Assembly (NCBI GenBank): GCA_963663405.2
Contig: CAXXSM010000067.1
Coordinates: 1-36,818 of the forward strand
DNA length: 36,818 bases
Source: a bacterium
GTDB taxonomy: Bacteria; Hinthialibacterota; Hinthialibacteria; Hinthialibacterales; Hinthialibacteraceae
Reading direction: 5' to 3'
Shown here: one piece after another, positions 20,184 to 29,143 of the stretch
Layout of the letters: every line of letters starts with the position of its first letter
How positions within the stretch are numbered: the stretch's first letter is position 1
Program-made: the position numbers and the translations under genes
The notes under the pieces: model-generated
What the model saw: the letters and a program-made list of their open reading frames with translations, nothing else
What the model was told of the DNA's origin: nothing
Database searches by the model: none

Positions 20184-20524
20184 CAAAAAAGCAAAAAACA
20201 AGCGATGCGCTTGAGATTATTCACAACCGGTATTTCAAAGGCAAGCCTGAAATGCTGGCCGCGTTAGAAGAAGAGAGAGCCAATTTGGATGTGGCTTGCA
20301 AGATCTATGATTTACGTCAAGAAGCAAAACTTACGCAACAAGAACTAGCGGAGATGATAGGAACGAGCCGTTTAACAATCGCTCAGCTGGAAGACGCGGA
20401 CTATGAAGGTCATTCTCTATCTATGCTCTGGCGTATTGCGGCGGCTTTGAACAAAAAAGTACAGATTGAATTTATTCCCTTATCCCACCACTCTAAAACA
20501 TCCGATCTACAAACTGCTCAGTAA
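20180..20524 (+). CDS. higA: XRE-family HTH antitoxin
   Basis: LRQEAKLTQQELAEMIGT...IAQLEDADYEGHSLSMLWRIAAAL. ATGA overlap with the toxin. Confidence 0.85.
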   Translation: MTKKQKTSDALEIIHNRYFKGKPEMLAALEEERANLDVACKIYDLRQEAKLTQQELAEMIGTSRLTIAQLEDADYEGHSLSMLWRIAAALNKKVQIEFIPLSHHSKTSDLQTAQ

Positions 20525-20548
20525 GAAAATAATACGTAATTCAGCGAA

Positions 20549-20930
20549 TCAACGCTCCAGCGCCTGCAACGCAACGGACGCGGAGATTAAATAACTGCAC
20601 GTGCATCGTGTTGTCGCGTGGGGCATTAGCACAAGGCCTCCCACGGGAAGGGTGTTGATCCAACAGCCGGGGCGGATACCTCCATAATTCTGTGTTTCTT
20701 CATCCTTCTGAAGATCGCGGTACCCTAGCGTGGCGGAGCGGTAGACCAGAAGATTCGACGATCCCGCTAGGATGCCGCATCCGTATGAACGCGAAAACTC
20801 GAATGGGAGACGCTCGCCTGTGAGGAGGTCCCACGCTCCAGGCTGCGCGTAGATAATTCTGTCATTGATGAGGGGCCGGGAAGCGTATTTTTCTTCGATA
20901 TCCCACAGCCGCTTTCCTGTCGAGGAACGG
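20549..20930 (-). pseudogene. Orphan duplicate of the last 382 bp (including the stop codon) of the PQQ-propeller gene
   Basis: Direct repeat of 21684-22065 with 372 of 382 identical, no indels, open frame and no start codon. Confidence 0.95.
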
Positions 20931-21004
20931 TTATAAGAATGATCTATATACGATATTAGGACAAGTACTCCATCGGGGGCAAATCAGAGGCAATCATATT
21001 CTGA

Positions 21005-21313
21005 TTAATCATCGAAATATCGTTGAAAATCCATACTTTCATGCAAGATACGTGAAATCTGAATTTCATGCCCCACAATCCTGTAAATAATAAAATGATG
21101 GCCTATCTTGTAAGCCCGGTGATCCGGTGATAGATCAGGCCGTTTATGTCCAAACGCAGGGAAAGAAACAAGTTTTTTCAAGGCGCTATAAATGAGCGCT
21201 GCATATTTTGCACGCTGCGCTTCTCCCCATTTCTCAAGAGTATACATTTGTATATCCTCAAAATCTTGCTTCGCAAGTGGAGAAAGGACAATAGATAATT
21301 CAGGCGGAGACAT
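21005..21313 (-). CDS. parE: Type II toxin, ParE family
   Basis: LSPLAKQDFEDIQMYTLEKWGEAQRAKY...GHKRPDL...HFIIYR...ISRILHESMD. Confidence 0.9.
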   Translation of the reverse strand: MSPPELSIVLSPLAKQDFEDIQMYTLEKWGEAQRAKYAALIYSALKKLVSFPAFGHKRPDLSPDHRAYKIGHHFIIYRIVGHEIQISRILHESMDFQRYFDD

Positions 21314-21581
21314 CAGAACTTGGTTTTTCACCTCTTCGATAGCGTTCAAGAGCGTTGTTTAACATTTCATCCATGAGGTCATCAGTTAATACCACTCCTT
21401 CACCACGATCCAATTGTTCATCACCCGCCTTAACGGCAGCGCGTAATACATCAAGTTTGTTTTGCTCCTGCGCCATGCGGTGAAGCGCATCCCGCACAAC
21501 TTCAGCGGCGCTGTTATAAGCGCCACTAGAAATTTGATTTTGAATAAACGCCTCAAGTTTTGGTGGTATATCAACGTGCAT
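21300..21581 (-). CDS. parD: Antitoxin, ParD (CC2985-like RHH) family
   Basis: LEAFIQNQISSGAYNSAAEVVRDAL...LRAAVKAG. GAGG lies before ATG 21581, and the gene overlaps the parE start. Confidence 0.9.
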   Translation of the reverse strand: MHVDIPPKLEAFIQNQISSGAYNSAAEVVRDALHRMAQEQNKLDVLRAAVKAGDEQLDRGEGVVLTDDLMDEMLNNALERYRRGEKPSSDVSA

Positions 21582-21600
21582 GATAACCTCTTCTGTATCT

Positions 21601-21629
21601 AATATATACAAATATTGTACAGGATTCAA
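21601..21629 (-). promoter_or_regulatory. parDE promoter with a palindromic operator in the spacer
   Basis: Minus strand TTGAAT, 17 bp, TATATT. The spacer holds TACAA-N3-TTGTA (21607-21619). The 13-mer aatatatacaaat occurs at 21601 and 21653. Confidence 0.65.
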
Positions 21630-21683
21630 ACAAATAACAGAAGATCATAAAAAATATATACAAATCTTCCCATTACAACAATA

Positions 21684-24600
21684 TCAACGCTCCAACGCTT
21701 GCAACGCAATGGACGCGGAGATTAAATAACTGCACGTGCATCGTGTTGTCGCGTGGGGCATTAGCACAAGGCCTCCTACGGGAAGGGTGTTGATCCAACA
21801 GCCGGGGCGGATACCTCCATAGTTCTGTGTTTCTTCATCCTTCTGAAGATCGCGGTACCCTAGCGTGGCGGAGCGGTAGACCAGCAGATTCGACGATCCC
21901 GCTAGGATGCCGCATCCGTATGAACGCGAAAACTCGAATGGGAGACGCTCGCCTGTGAGGAGATCCCACGCTCCTGGCTGCGCGTAGATAATTCTGTCAT
22001 TGATAAGGGGCCGGGAAGCGTATTTTTCTTCGTTATCCCACAGCCGCTTTCCTGTCGAGGAACGGAACACGGTCATTCTCCCCCCACGTTCGGAATCCAG
22101 CTGGAAGCGGGTGGATTGATAGGCCATCAATAATGCGTCATGTTCAACGCTGAGAGCCAACATAGTGCCGTAAATATCTTGATTGTCCCGCCATACGATA
22201 TTCCCGGATTCCATGTCCAGTGCGATCAATTCTCCGCCGGGATGTGCGGGAACTTTGTTTTCATTTTTCGCTTTATCAAAATCCACACGATCCATCTCGG
22301 CGATGGGGCGGTCAATCAGATACACCCGTCCCGCGCCGATCGCGATGGCGTTGTGACGGATCGAATGTTTTGGCGTATATTTCCACCGCAGTTCCCCTGT
22401 CTTCGCGTTCAGGGCGAAAAACATTCGCGATTCAGTGAACTGCGTACTCATCGCGCTTTTTCCATAGCGCCATCTTACCACATGCGCCTCATTGGAGACT
22501 GTGCCAAATAATGTATCCCCCACGCAGGCGATATATCCCCACGTTCCACGCCGCCCATCTGGACAGACCGGCGTTTTGAATGCGCCGATTTTCTTCCCCG
22601 ACGCAGCGTCCAAGCGGAAACAGACTCCCTTTTGATGGATATAGACGCTGTCATTGGCCGCGCAGAAATTACTCTGCGTTCCAGCGGTTCCCATGAGATG
22701 TTCTTGATCGTATGCGGTGAGGATTCCTTCAAATGGATATTCCCACAGCGTACGTCCATTATACGGGTTCACCGCGCGCAAGGCGTCCACGCCTTCGACA
22801 AAGAGAGTTCCTTTATAAAACAAGGGAGCGGGGCCGCGTCCATGCCGGGAAGGCATGACTAAATCCGGATCGCGGAACCATAACATCCCCAGCGGGCCTC
22901 GCGCCAAACGATCGGCCGAACATCCCGTGTTGGCTGGATTGGTATATTGATGCGTCCATTCCCCCGCGCCTTCCAGCGCGCCTTTCACGTTTACATTCAG
23001 GGAGCCCGGTTTTCCTATACAAATCACACCTCCGAAAGGCCGCTGAATGCGGGATGCCTCCAAACGAATCGCGGAATCAATGGAACCGGTTTCCACTGAA
23101 CGCCCCGATACAATGAGATCGGCGAAGTAATCCGGATAGTCGGTATCTTTCAAATCAGTCTGATGAACTGTCACCCGGACGCCATACAAACCAGCCGCAT
23201 TCAATCTCTCACGCGCGATCGCAACTTTGGCTGGATCGGATTCGATGGCGTAGATCTTCAATGACGTACGCCGCGCCAATTCATATGCGAGCGCTCCGTC
23301 CCCACATCCCAGATCGAGACAGTATCCTTCTGTCACACCGGTCTTTTGAACGATCGCTTCCGCGGCTTGCGCATAGAGAGAATTATCTTCATACGGCGCG
23401 TTGTCAAATTGAGATTGAATGAGAGGAGGCGTCTCTACGGCTTCTCCGCCGAAGCAATAAATCCGCCCTTGATCCGTACTTACAAAAAGACGCCCATCCG
23501 CAAATGCCAATCCGTAGGGTGTTCCATCGATCTTAAAAGTTGAAGAGACTGATTTTGTATTGCGATCAATTAAACAGACGGAACCATCTCCACCGGAGAC
23601 AATCCTATCTCCCGCAACGATTAGGGAGACACATTCATGAGGCGCCTCTAACGACCAACGTTCCTTTAAGTCTTGAATTGTGAATTTGTCCCCTCTTTTA
23701 TCAACTCTCTCTGCATCAGCCCACTCATACACCGCGATTTTGTTCTTCAAATATTGGACAATTCCACCAGGGATAGAGACCATCACCTTTCCCTGGTTTT
23801 TGATCTGTGGCAGACCGGTCTCACGGTTGAATCCTACACCGTTATTGAAAAAAACCGATCCAGCGGCCATGACCGGTGAACCACCATCCGCCCGGTTCGC
23901 TTGTAAATGGAAATATTCAAACGCGCCGTCCGACCGGCGAAACGACGCGGGAACGGCGCGGCCTGTCGGCATAAAAAGCCGGTCCTCCGTAGCCACAAGA
24001 TCCCCCTGTGCGGAGACACCGCTTTTCGCGCGGGCGCCTCCATGAGGCTGATCCAACTCCATCCCACCGGATTCATCATTCAGCCATAGAACTGCGCACG
24101 TAACTGGATCGAGCGCGTATAAAAAGATCCCTTCCGACGGCCAGATCCCCGCCGCAAAATAAAGAATATCATCGTAAATAACAGGCCCCCCGCGCGCGGG
24201 CCATTTAGAGATCATGCGATCGTTCCCTAGAATCATCCGATCGTCCGGCCCACCCCTGCGTTTCCAGATCAGCGCTCCGTCATGAGCTGAAAGACAGTAC
24301 AGATATCCATCATCACTGACGGCGAAAACGCGATCGTTCCAGATCACAGGCGCAAAACGGACCGGCGCTTTCGTGAAATACGACCAACGTTCCTGTCCAT
24401 TTGACGTGTCCAGCGCGTAGATTTTGCAATCGGCGGAACTGCCGAAATAGAGCGTTCCATCCGCGATAACGGTTTGGTACGCATAATCAAACGGCATCCT
24501 TGTATCCCCACCCATCCATGCGGGACAGGGGGCATGATCCGCCTGGTACATCCATTGGAGCGAGAGTGAATCCGGCGGCGTTTCAGCAGTATACCCCGAA

Positions 24601-24695
24601 CGCGCCGCGTCCGCGCGGACCATCGGCCAATCATCCGCAGAGACCGTAAACGCAAAAACACAATGGATGAAAACCACAACCATAATTCTATTCAT
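21684..24695 (-). CDS. Secreted PQQ/BamB-like beta-propeller protein with a central class I SAM methyltransferase-like domain
   Basis: Signal peptide ending VSA-DDWPM; repeats such as IYALDTSNGQERW and LYCLSAHDGALIW; central CLDLGCGDG motif; a second propeller starting EWTHQY; Cys-rich tail GCG..RPGCWIN..CTCSY. Confidence 0.9.
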   Translation of the reverse strand: MNRIMVVVFIHCVFAFTVSADDWPMVRADAARSGYTAETPPDSLSLQWMYQADHAPCPAWMGGDTRMPFDYAYQTVIADGTLYFGSSADCKIYALDTSNGQERWSYFTKAPVRFAPVIWNDRVFAVSDDGYLYCLSAHDGALIWKRRGGPDDRMILGNDRMISKWPARGGPVIYDDILYFAAGIWPSEGIFLYALDPVTCAVLWLNDESGGMELDQPHGGARAKSGVSAQGDLVATEDRLFMPTGRAVPASFRRSDGAFEYFHLQANRADGGSPVMAAGSVFFNNGVGFNRETGLPQIKNQGKVMVSIPGGIVQYLKNKIAVYEWADAERVDKRGDKFTIQDLKERWSLEAPHECVSLIVAGDRIVSGGDGSVCLIDRNTKSVSSTFKIDGTPYGLAFADGRLFVSTDQGRIYCFGGEAVETPPLIQSQFDNAPYEDNSLYAQAAEAIVQKTGVTEGYCLDLGCGDGALAYELARRTSLKIYAIESDPAKVAIARERLNAAGLYGVRVTVHQTDLKDTDYPDYFADLIVSGRSVETGSIDSAIRLEASRIQRPFGGVICIGKPGSLNVNVKGALEGAGEWTHQYTNPANTGCSADRLARGPLGMLWFRDPDLVMPSRHGRGPAPLFYKGTLFVEGVDALRAVNPYNGRTLWEYPFEGILTAYDQEHLMGTAGTQSNFCAANDSVYIHQKGVCFRLDAASGKKIGAFKTPVCPDGRRGTWGYIACVGDTLFGTVSNEAHVVRWRYGKSAMSTQFTESRMFFALNAKTGELRWKYTPKHSIRHNAIAIGAGRVYLIDRPIAEMDRVDFDKAKNENKVPAHPGGELIALDMESGNIVWRDNQDIYGTMLALSVEHDALLMAYQSTRFQLDSERGGRMTVFRSSTGKRLWDNEEKYASRPLINDRIIYAQPGAWDLLTGERLPFEFSRSYGCGILAGSSNLLVYRSATLGYRDLQKDEETQNYGGIRPGCWINTLPVGGLVLMPHATTRCTCSYLISASIALQALER

Positions 24696-24842
24696 GATTC
24701 ACATTCCTTTTTCCAACCAGAAATCTCACCTAATTTGAATCTTTAATTCTACTAAACCATAGCACAATTTAGAATGATATTCTGGAACAATAAAAGCGCT
24801 CCACGGGCATTCATAGAAAATTAATATTAAGTAAATAACTTT

Positions 24843-24928
24843 GTGGGCGCCCAGGAAAAGTTATTTCTACCCTGGCGTAATTCGGTGGGTACCCAGGGCA
24901 AGGTTTTTTTCTGCCCTGGCTTAATTGG
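24843..24928. repeat. Tandem pair of REP-like palindromic units (42 and 44 bp)
   Basis: gtgggcgcccaggaaaagttatttctaccctggcgtaattcg and gtgggtacccagggcaaggtttttttctgccctggcttaattgg. Each unit has a CCAGG...CCTGG stem. Confidence 0.7.
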
Positions 24929-25000
24929 GAACCACTTTACCACAACTCAACGATTGATACCCAAATAAATACCTATATTCAAAGAACTTCTCATAAATTT

Positions 25001-26224
25001 TCAGCTCCGGGGATAGCGCCGTCCATTCAATGTAGCGCCAATAAAAGTGGACCGGACAAGATAATGATAACTTAAAAAAAGGATGGGAAATGCGGCGAGA
25101 TTGATCAGAAGAAATTTGACCGGCCAAACAAGATCTACATACGCGAAGAGAATCTGCAAAACAACCACCACCGGAAGGTGAACAATATAAAGCCAATACG
25201 AAGAATCGGCGATATATCGTCTTACTGGATTTTCGTTCTTACAATAGTGGAGGAAAATTCCCGTCACTCCAAAAACCCAAAGCCACATCATCAGCGCGTA
25301 CAAAATGGTATACACAATTCGTCCTGCGAAATTGTAAACTTCGTCAAATCCCAAATTCGCCGCTATAGAACCAAAGAAAAAAGTAGGGAAGACGAAAAGA
25401 AACGCGCCCATCAGATGAAGACGCCAGCGCCGGGTAAATTCATCCAACAATTCCACACGCCGGTGAAGGAACCAACCCACACTGAAAAAGAAACCATAGA
25501 AAATCGTAGTGGGAACATATGGAATCAGAGATTCTCTCGGTGTATCGACGCTCCATGAATCCATCCCCATTAACATAAACATGGTTGGAATGGCAAAAAG
25601 AACGACGTTCCAACACGAACGCATCCATCCTGCAAATATTTGATCCATCCACAAACGCCAATTTCCATCACGATCGAGATAGGAAACAAAAAGCCACCGG
25701 ACAATAAAGATTATCGCGTAAATGGAGAGCAATTGATGCAGAAACCAAAGATGCGTAAGGTCGAAATGCTTTATAAATTCAAGTGAGATGAAAAATCCAA
25801 GTGTCAGCTGCCACGCGGGTAGATGCCGTAATTCTTCGGGGATAGGCAAGAATGTAAAATTCCCGGATTTTAAACTTCCCCATACCCAGAGATACGCCAA
25901 TAGGGGGAAAAGGATGATCCAACCTACAATCAAGGGTACTAAAATACGCTGAATTCGATTCTTGATAAACGAATTCACCCCCCGCCGTTGGATCACCAGA
26001 TGAGCGAAGAATCCCGCGATTAGAAAAAAAATCTCCAACCGGAATGAATGAGACGCATGACGGAAAGCGGTTAAAAAAACACTGGGAGATTGATCGGCGA
26101 TCGCCCAAAAAGTATTATTGGGGACAAACGATTCCGCGGCGTGAAAGACAACTCCCAAAAGCAACGCGAACGCGCGTAAAGCGTCTAAAGAATGATACCG
26201 GACGAGCTGATTCTGGATTGACAT
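25001..26224 (-). CDS. Acyltransferase-3 family membrane protein (OpgC/MdoC-like)
   Basis: RYHSLDALRAFALLLGVVFH, HSFRLEIFFLIAGFF, RILVPL, HLWFL, YIADSSYWLYIVHLP. Confidence 0.9.
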   Translation of the reverse strand: MSIQNQLVRYHSLDALRAFALLLGVVFHAAESFVPNNTFWAIADQSPSVFLTAFRHASHSFRLEIFFLIAGFFAHLVIQRRGVNSFIKNRIQRILVPLIVGWIILFPLLAYLWVWGSLKSGNFTFLPIPEELRHLPAWQLTLGFFISLEFIKHFDLTHLWFLHQLLSIYAIIFIVRWLFVSYLDRDGNWRLWMDQIFAGWMRSCWNVVLFAIPTMFMLMGMDSWSVDTPRESLIPYVPTTIFYGFFFSVGWFLHRRVELLDEFTRRWRLHLMGAFLFVFPTFFFGSIAANLGFDEVYNFAGRIVYTILYALMMWLWVFGVTGIFLHYCKNENPVRRYIADSSYWLYIVHLPVVVVLQILFAYVDLVWPVKFLLINLAAFPILFLSYHYLVRSTFIGATLNGRRYPRS

Positions 26225-26331
26225 GAAGGAGAGCTCCTGCCTACATCGTATAGCAATAAACAAAACAGCGCTTATACATCATACGAGCAAGAGTCTTCAC
26301 TATTTCAATGTTGTTTGAGAGAAAATATCTT

Positions 26332-27372
26332 TTAAGAAGCGAAAAGTTTTTCAAGATTTTCCACATATGGTGGATAGACGATTCCCTTTTCTGTGATGAT
26401 TCCCGTGACGTATCGATTCGGCGTTACATCGAAGGCTGGATTATACACTTGAATTCCCGTCGGCGCCGTCTGGACGCCGGACCAACGAGTCACTTCTTCC
26501 GCCGCACGTTCTTCAATGGGGATCTGGGAGCCTTCGGATAGCGACATATCAATAGATGACATCGGCGCGGCGACATAGAACGGCACATTATGCTCTTTCG
26601 CGAGGATGGCGACGCCATATGTTCCGATTTTGTTCGCGACGTCTCCATTGGCGGCGGTGCGGTCGGTTCCCACGATTACCGCTTGGACCATCCCCTTCGA
26701 TAAAACCGTCGCCGCCACGTTGTCACAGATGAGCGTCACCGGGATTCCCGCTTCCTGCAATTCCCACGATGTCAAGCGGGCGCCTTGCAGCAATGGCCGA
26801 GTCTCGTCCGCGAAAACGCTGATTGATTTTCCCTGTTCCTTTGCGACGAAGATCGGAGCCAGCGCGGTTCCATAACGCGCGGTCGCCAATCCACCGGCGT
26901 TGCAGTGGGTTAATACGCCATCTCCGTCTTTCAACAGTTCCGCTCCATGTTCACCGATAGCGCGGCAGATCGCCACGTCTTCTTCAATCATCAATTGCGC
27001 TTCTTCAAAAATCGCCTGTTTCAATTCGGGAATTGGCAATAATTTATGATCCAGCGTGAATTGCTTGATCCGGTCCAACGCCCAGAAGAGATTTACAGCC
27101 GTTGGTCTAGAAGTAGCGAGATAATCGGCGGTTTTTACGACCTCGTTCCAAAAATCGTTAAACTCTCTTGCGGTGGAATCCTTGACGCCTATATAGACTC
27201 CAAACGCCGCCGCGATCCCGATGGCGGGCGCGCCCCGTACACGCAGCACTTTAATCGCTTCCCATACCTGTTCAACCGTCTCAGCGGTGATATATTTCAG
27301 TTCAACAGGCAGGAGCGTTTGATCGAGAATTTTGACTTGTCCATCCTGAACGGCTATCGTATCTACTGGCAT
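26332..27372 (-). CDS. mtnA: S-methyl-5-thioribose-1-phosphate isomerase
   Basis: LDQTLLP, VRGAPAIG, SRPTAVNL, LTHCNAGGLAT, DETRPLLQGARLT, NGDVANKIGTY, NPAFDVTP. Confidence 0.96.
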   Translation of the reverse strand: MPVDTIAVQDGQVKILDQTLLPVELKYITAETVEQVWEAIKVLRVRGAPAIGIAAAFGVYIGVKDSTAREFNDFWNEVVKTADYLATSRPTAVNLFWALDRIKQFTLDHKLLPIPELKQAIFEEAQLMIEEDVAICRAIGEHGAELLKDGDGVLTHCNAGGLATARYGTALAPIFVAKEQGKSISVFADETRPLLQGARLTSWELQEAGIPVTLICDNVAATVLSKGMVQAVIVGTDRTAANGDVANKIGTYGVAILAKEHNVPFYVAAPMSSIDMSLSEGSQIPIEERAAEEVTRWSGVQTAPTGIQVYNPAFDVTPNRYVTGIITEKGIVYPPYVENLEKLFAS

Positions 27373-27413
27373 GAATACAACCTCACTCTTTTGTGTATCA
27401 ATGAATTTAAATT

Positions 27414-28358
27414 ATGAATGAAAACATAGCATCGAACCCGCCTTCTCACAACGCCCCGGCGAATTCCTTCTCCCCACCGGGCGAATTATATACGGTTCGC
27501 GGATTGCGCGCGTTTCTTCAATCGAACGGCCGCTATCTGTCCCGTTCTCTCGGCCAGCATTTTCTACTCAACCGGAATCTTCTATCGAGTGTTCTTGATT
27601 CGACCGCTCTCCCTCAGTCCGTTTCCATTATCGAGATCGGCCCCGGTTTGGGTCATCTTACCTGGCTTCTGCTGCAAAGAGGATTATCCGTAACAGCGGT
27701 GGAAAAAGACAAAGTCTTCGCACAACTCCTACAAAAAATCGCCGGCCGGCAAAACGTCTCATCCAGTTCATTACACATCATCCAGGACGACGCGCTTGCA
27801 ATTGATTTCAGCCGGCTGGCCCAGCAAAGCGGAGCCCGGCATGTGATCGGAAATCTGCCCTACAATGTCGCCACACCCATTCTTTTCCGGCTGGCGTATT
27901 GCCCATTCCGCTTTGAGGGAATATTTGTAATGATTCAGAAAGAGGTAGGCGAACGAATCACCGCGTCTCCCGGCTCGAAAGCGTACGGGCGGTTATCCAT
28001 CGTTTTGAATTATCTCTACCACGTTAAAAAAATCCGTGTGATCCCCCCCAACACTTTTTTTCCCATGCCCAAAGTCGATTCAATTGTCCTTCAATTTACA
28101 CCCAAGCCCGATACGGATATCCATCTGGCACAGACCATTCTAGAAAAGATCGTCAAAACCGGCTTTCTTCACCGGCGTAAAAAAATACGAAAACAATTGT
28201 TAGGAATCACCATTAAAACACTGACATTCGATGAAAGTTTTCTTACGACAGCGGAACAAGAAATGGGATTCGATTTCGAACAGCGCGCAGAGCAATGGCT
28301 GGTTGAAACTTGGGTTCGATTTGCGCAATATATCAATGATCATACGCCAAAATTCTAA
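27414..28358 (+). CDS. rsmA: 16S rRNA adenine N6,N6-dimethyltransferase (start uncertain)
   Basis: SLGQHFL, IEIGPGLG, VEKD, GNLPYN, MIQKEV, YGRLS, PKVDS, RRK. Confidence 0.93.
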   Translation: MNENIASNPPSHNAPANSFSPPGELYTVRGLRAFLQSNGRYLSRSLGQHFLLNRNLLSSVLDSTALPQSVSIIEIGPGLGHLTWLLLQRGLSVTAVEKDKVFAQLLQKIAGRQNVSSSSLHIIQDDALAIDFSRLAQQSGARHVIGNLPYNVATPILFRLAYCPFRFEGIFVMIQKEVGERITASPGSKAYGRLSIVLNYLYHVKKIRVIPPNTFFPMPKVDSIVLQFTPKPDTDIHLAQTILEKIVKTGFLHRRKKIRKQLLGITIKTLTFDESFLTTAEQEMGFDFEQRAEQWLVETWVRFAQYINDHTPKF

Positions 28359-28407
28359 ACACAGTTCATCCCAAATCTTCCTTCAACCTTCAGCGAAAAA
28401 TCCAATA

Positions 28408-29049
28408 CTATTCATTACATTCTAATGATATATTTTGATTCTGAGGAGAATACAACAATCCGGCGCGAAGGCGCCCGTTGTGAACATAGGCAGGTCCAGC
28501 AAACCGTTTTTCAAGAGAGAGTATCTCTTCGCAAACGCTGGAATTCAAGTTATTAAAACTGATATCCAATCCCTTCAACTTTGTCTGTTTTTTTAAATCA
28601 GGAAGCGCATCGAATTGATTTTCAGAAAGATCAAGAAGAACTAACGAAGAATTCTGGGGAAGATCTATGTGGTAAAGCTGATTCTTCGCGCAATTCAACC
28701 TGGTGAGTTGTACGTTCTTGCTTACATCGAGTAACATCAATTCATTATTTGAGCAATCGAGCCCAGTTATATTCGTAAAAAATTCGATCCCACGCATGGA
28801 TATAATCTCTCGACCGCGGCAGTCCAACATGCCAGTTTTCGCGTTGACATCATTCTGTGTAAACCGGCCATTTGGCCCGCATTCCATAAATTCACATAAA
28901 GCAATAAGAAAATTGAGATCGGGAAAATAAGTTTGGCGGTTGATATTCTGCGCGGCGAAAAAGTAGGGAAGCATGAACCAGATCAATACAACAAGAACGA
29001 TTGAAGCAAGAATCCATTCAATCCATAAAGTGGTCTTGATTCGTCTCAT
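28408..29049 (-). CDS. Leucine-rich repeat protein with a pilin-like N-terminal helix (paralog 2)
   Basis: FPDLNF cap; LRR units GIEFFTNITGLDCSNNEL, LTRLNCAKNQL, LVLLDLSENQF; one N-terminal hydrophobic helix. Confidence 0.85.
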   Translation of the reverse strand: MRRIKTTLWIEWILASIVLVVLIWFMLPYFFAAQNINRQTYFPDLNFLIALCEFMECGPNGRFTQNDVNAKTGMLDCRGREIISMRGIEFFTNITGLDCSNNELMLLDVSKNVQLTRLNCAKNQLYHIDLPQNSSLVLLDLSENQFDALPDLKKQTKLKGLDISFNNLNSSVCEEILSLEKRFAGPAYVHNGRLRAGLLYSPQNQNISLECNE

Positions 29050-29143
29050 CGTAATCCATCCCCTCCCCTTGAAAGCGTCAGGGATCAGCGCTGCCGTACA
29101 TCCTGACGTTAACTTAACTTACTCTTGCTTTCTTTCACGATCT

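Noticed and set aside
19483-21683. Integron cassettes, IS or prophage carrying the TA modules
   Set aside because: No integrase or transposase, no recognisable attC pairs or terminal inverted repeats, and 382 bp is far too long for a target-site duplication.
20549-22065. Diversity-generating retroelement TR/VR pair
   Set aside because: The differences are not confined to adenines on either strand, 8 of 10 are synonymous, and no reverse transcriptase is present in the window.
24843-24928. CRISPR array
   Set aside because: Only two adjacent degenerate units, with no spacers and no cas genes.
29076-29108. Riboswitch or ncRNA between the LRR paralogs
   Set aside because: Only a 7-bp stem (CGTCAGG/CCTGACG) is present, with no riboswitch or SRP consensus that I recognise and no U-tract.
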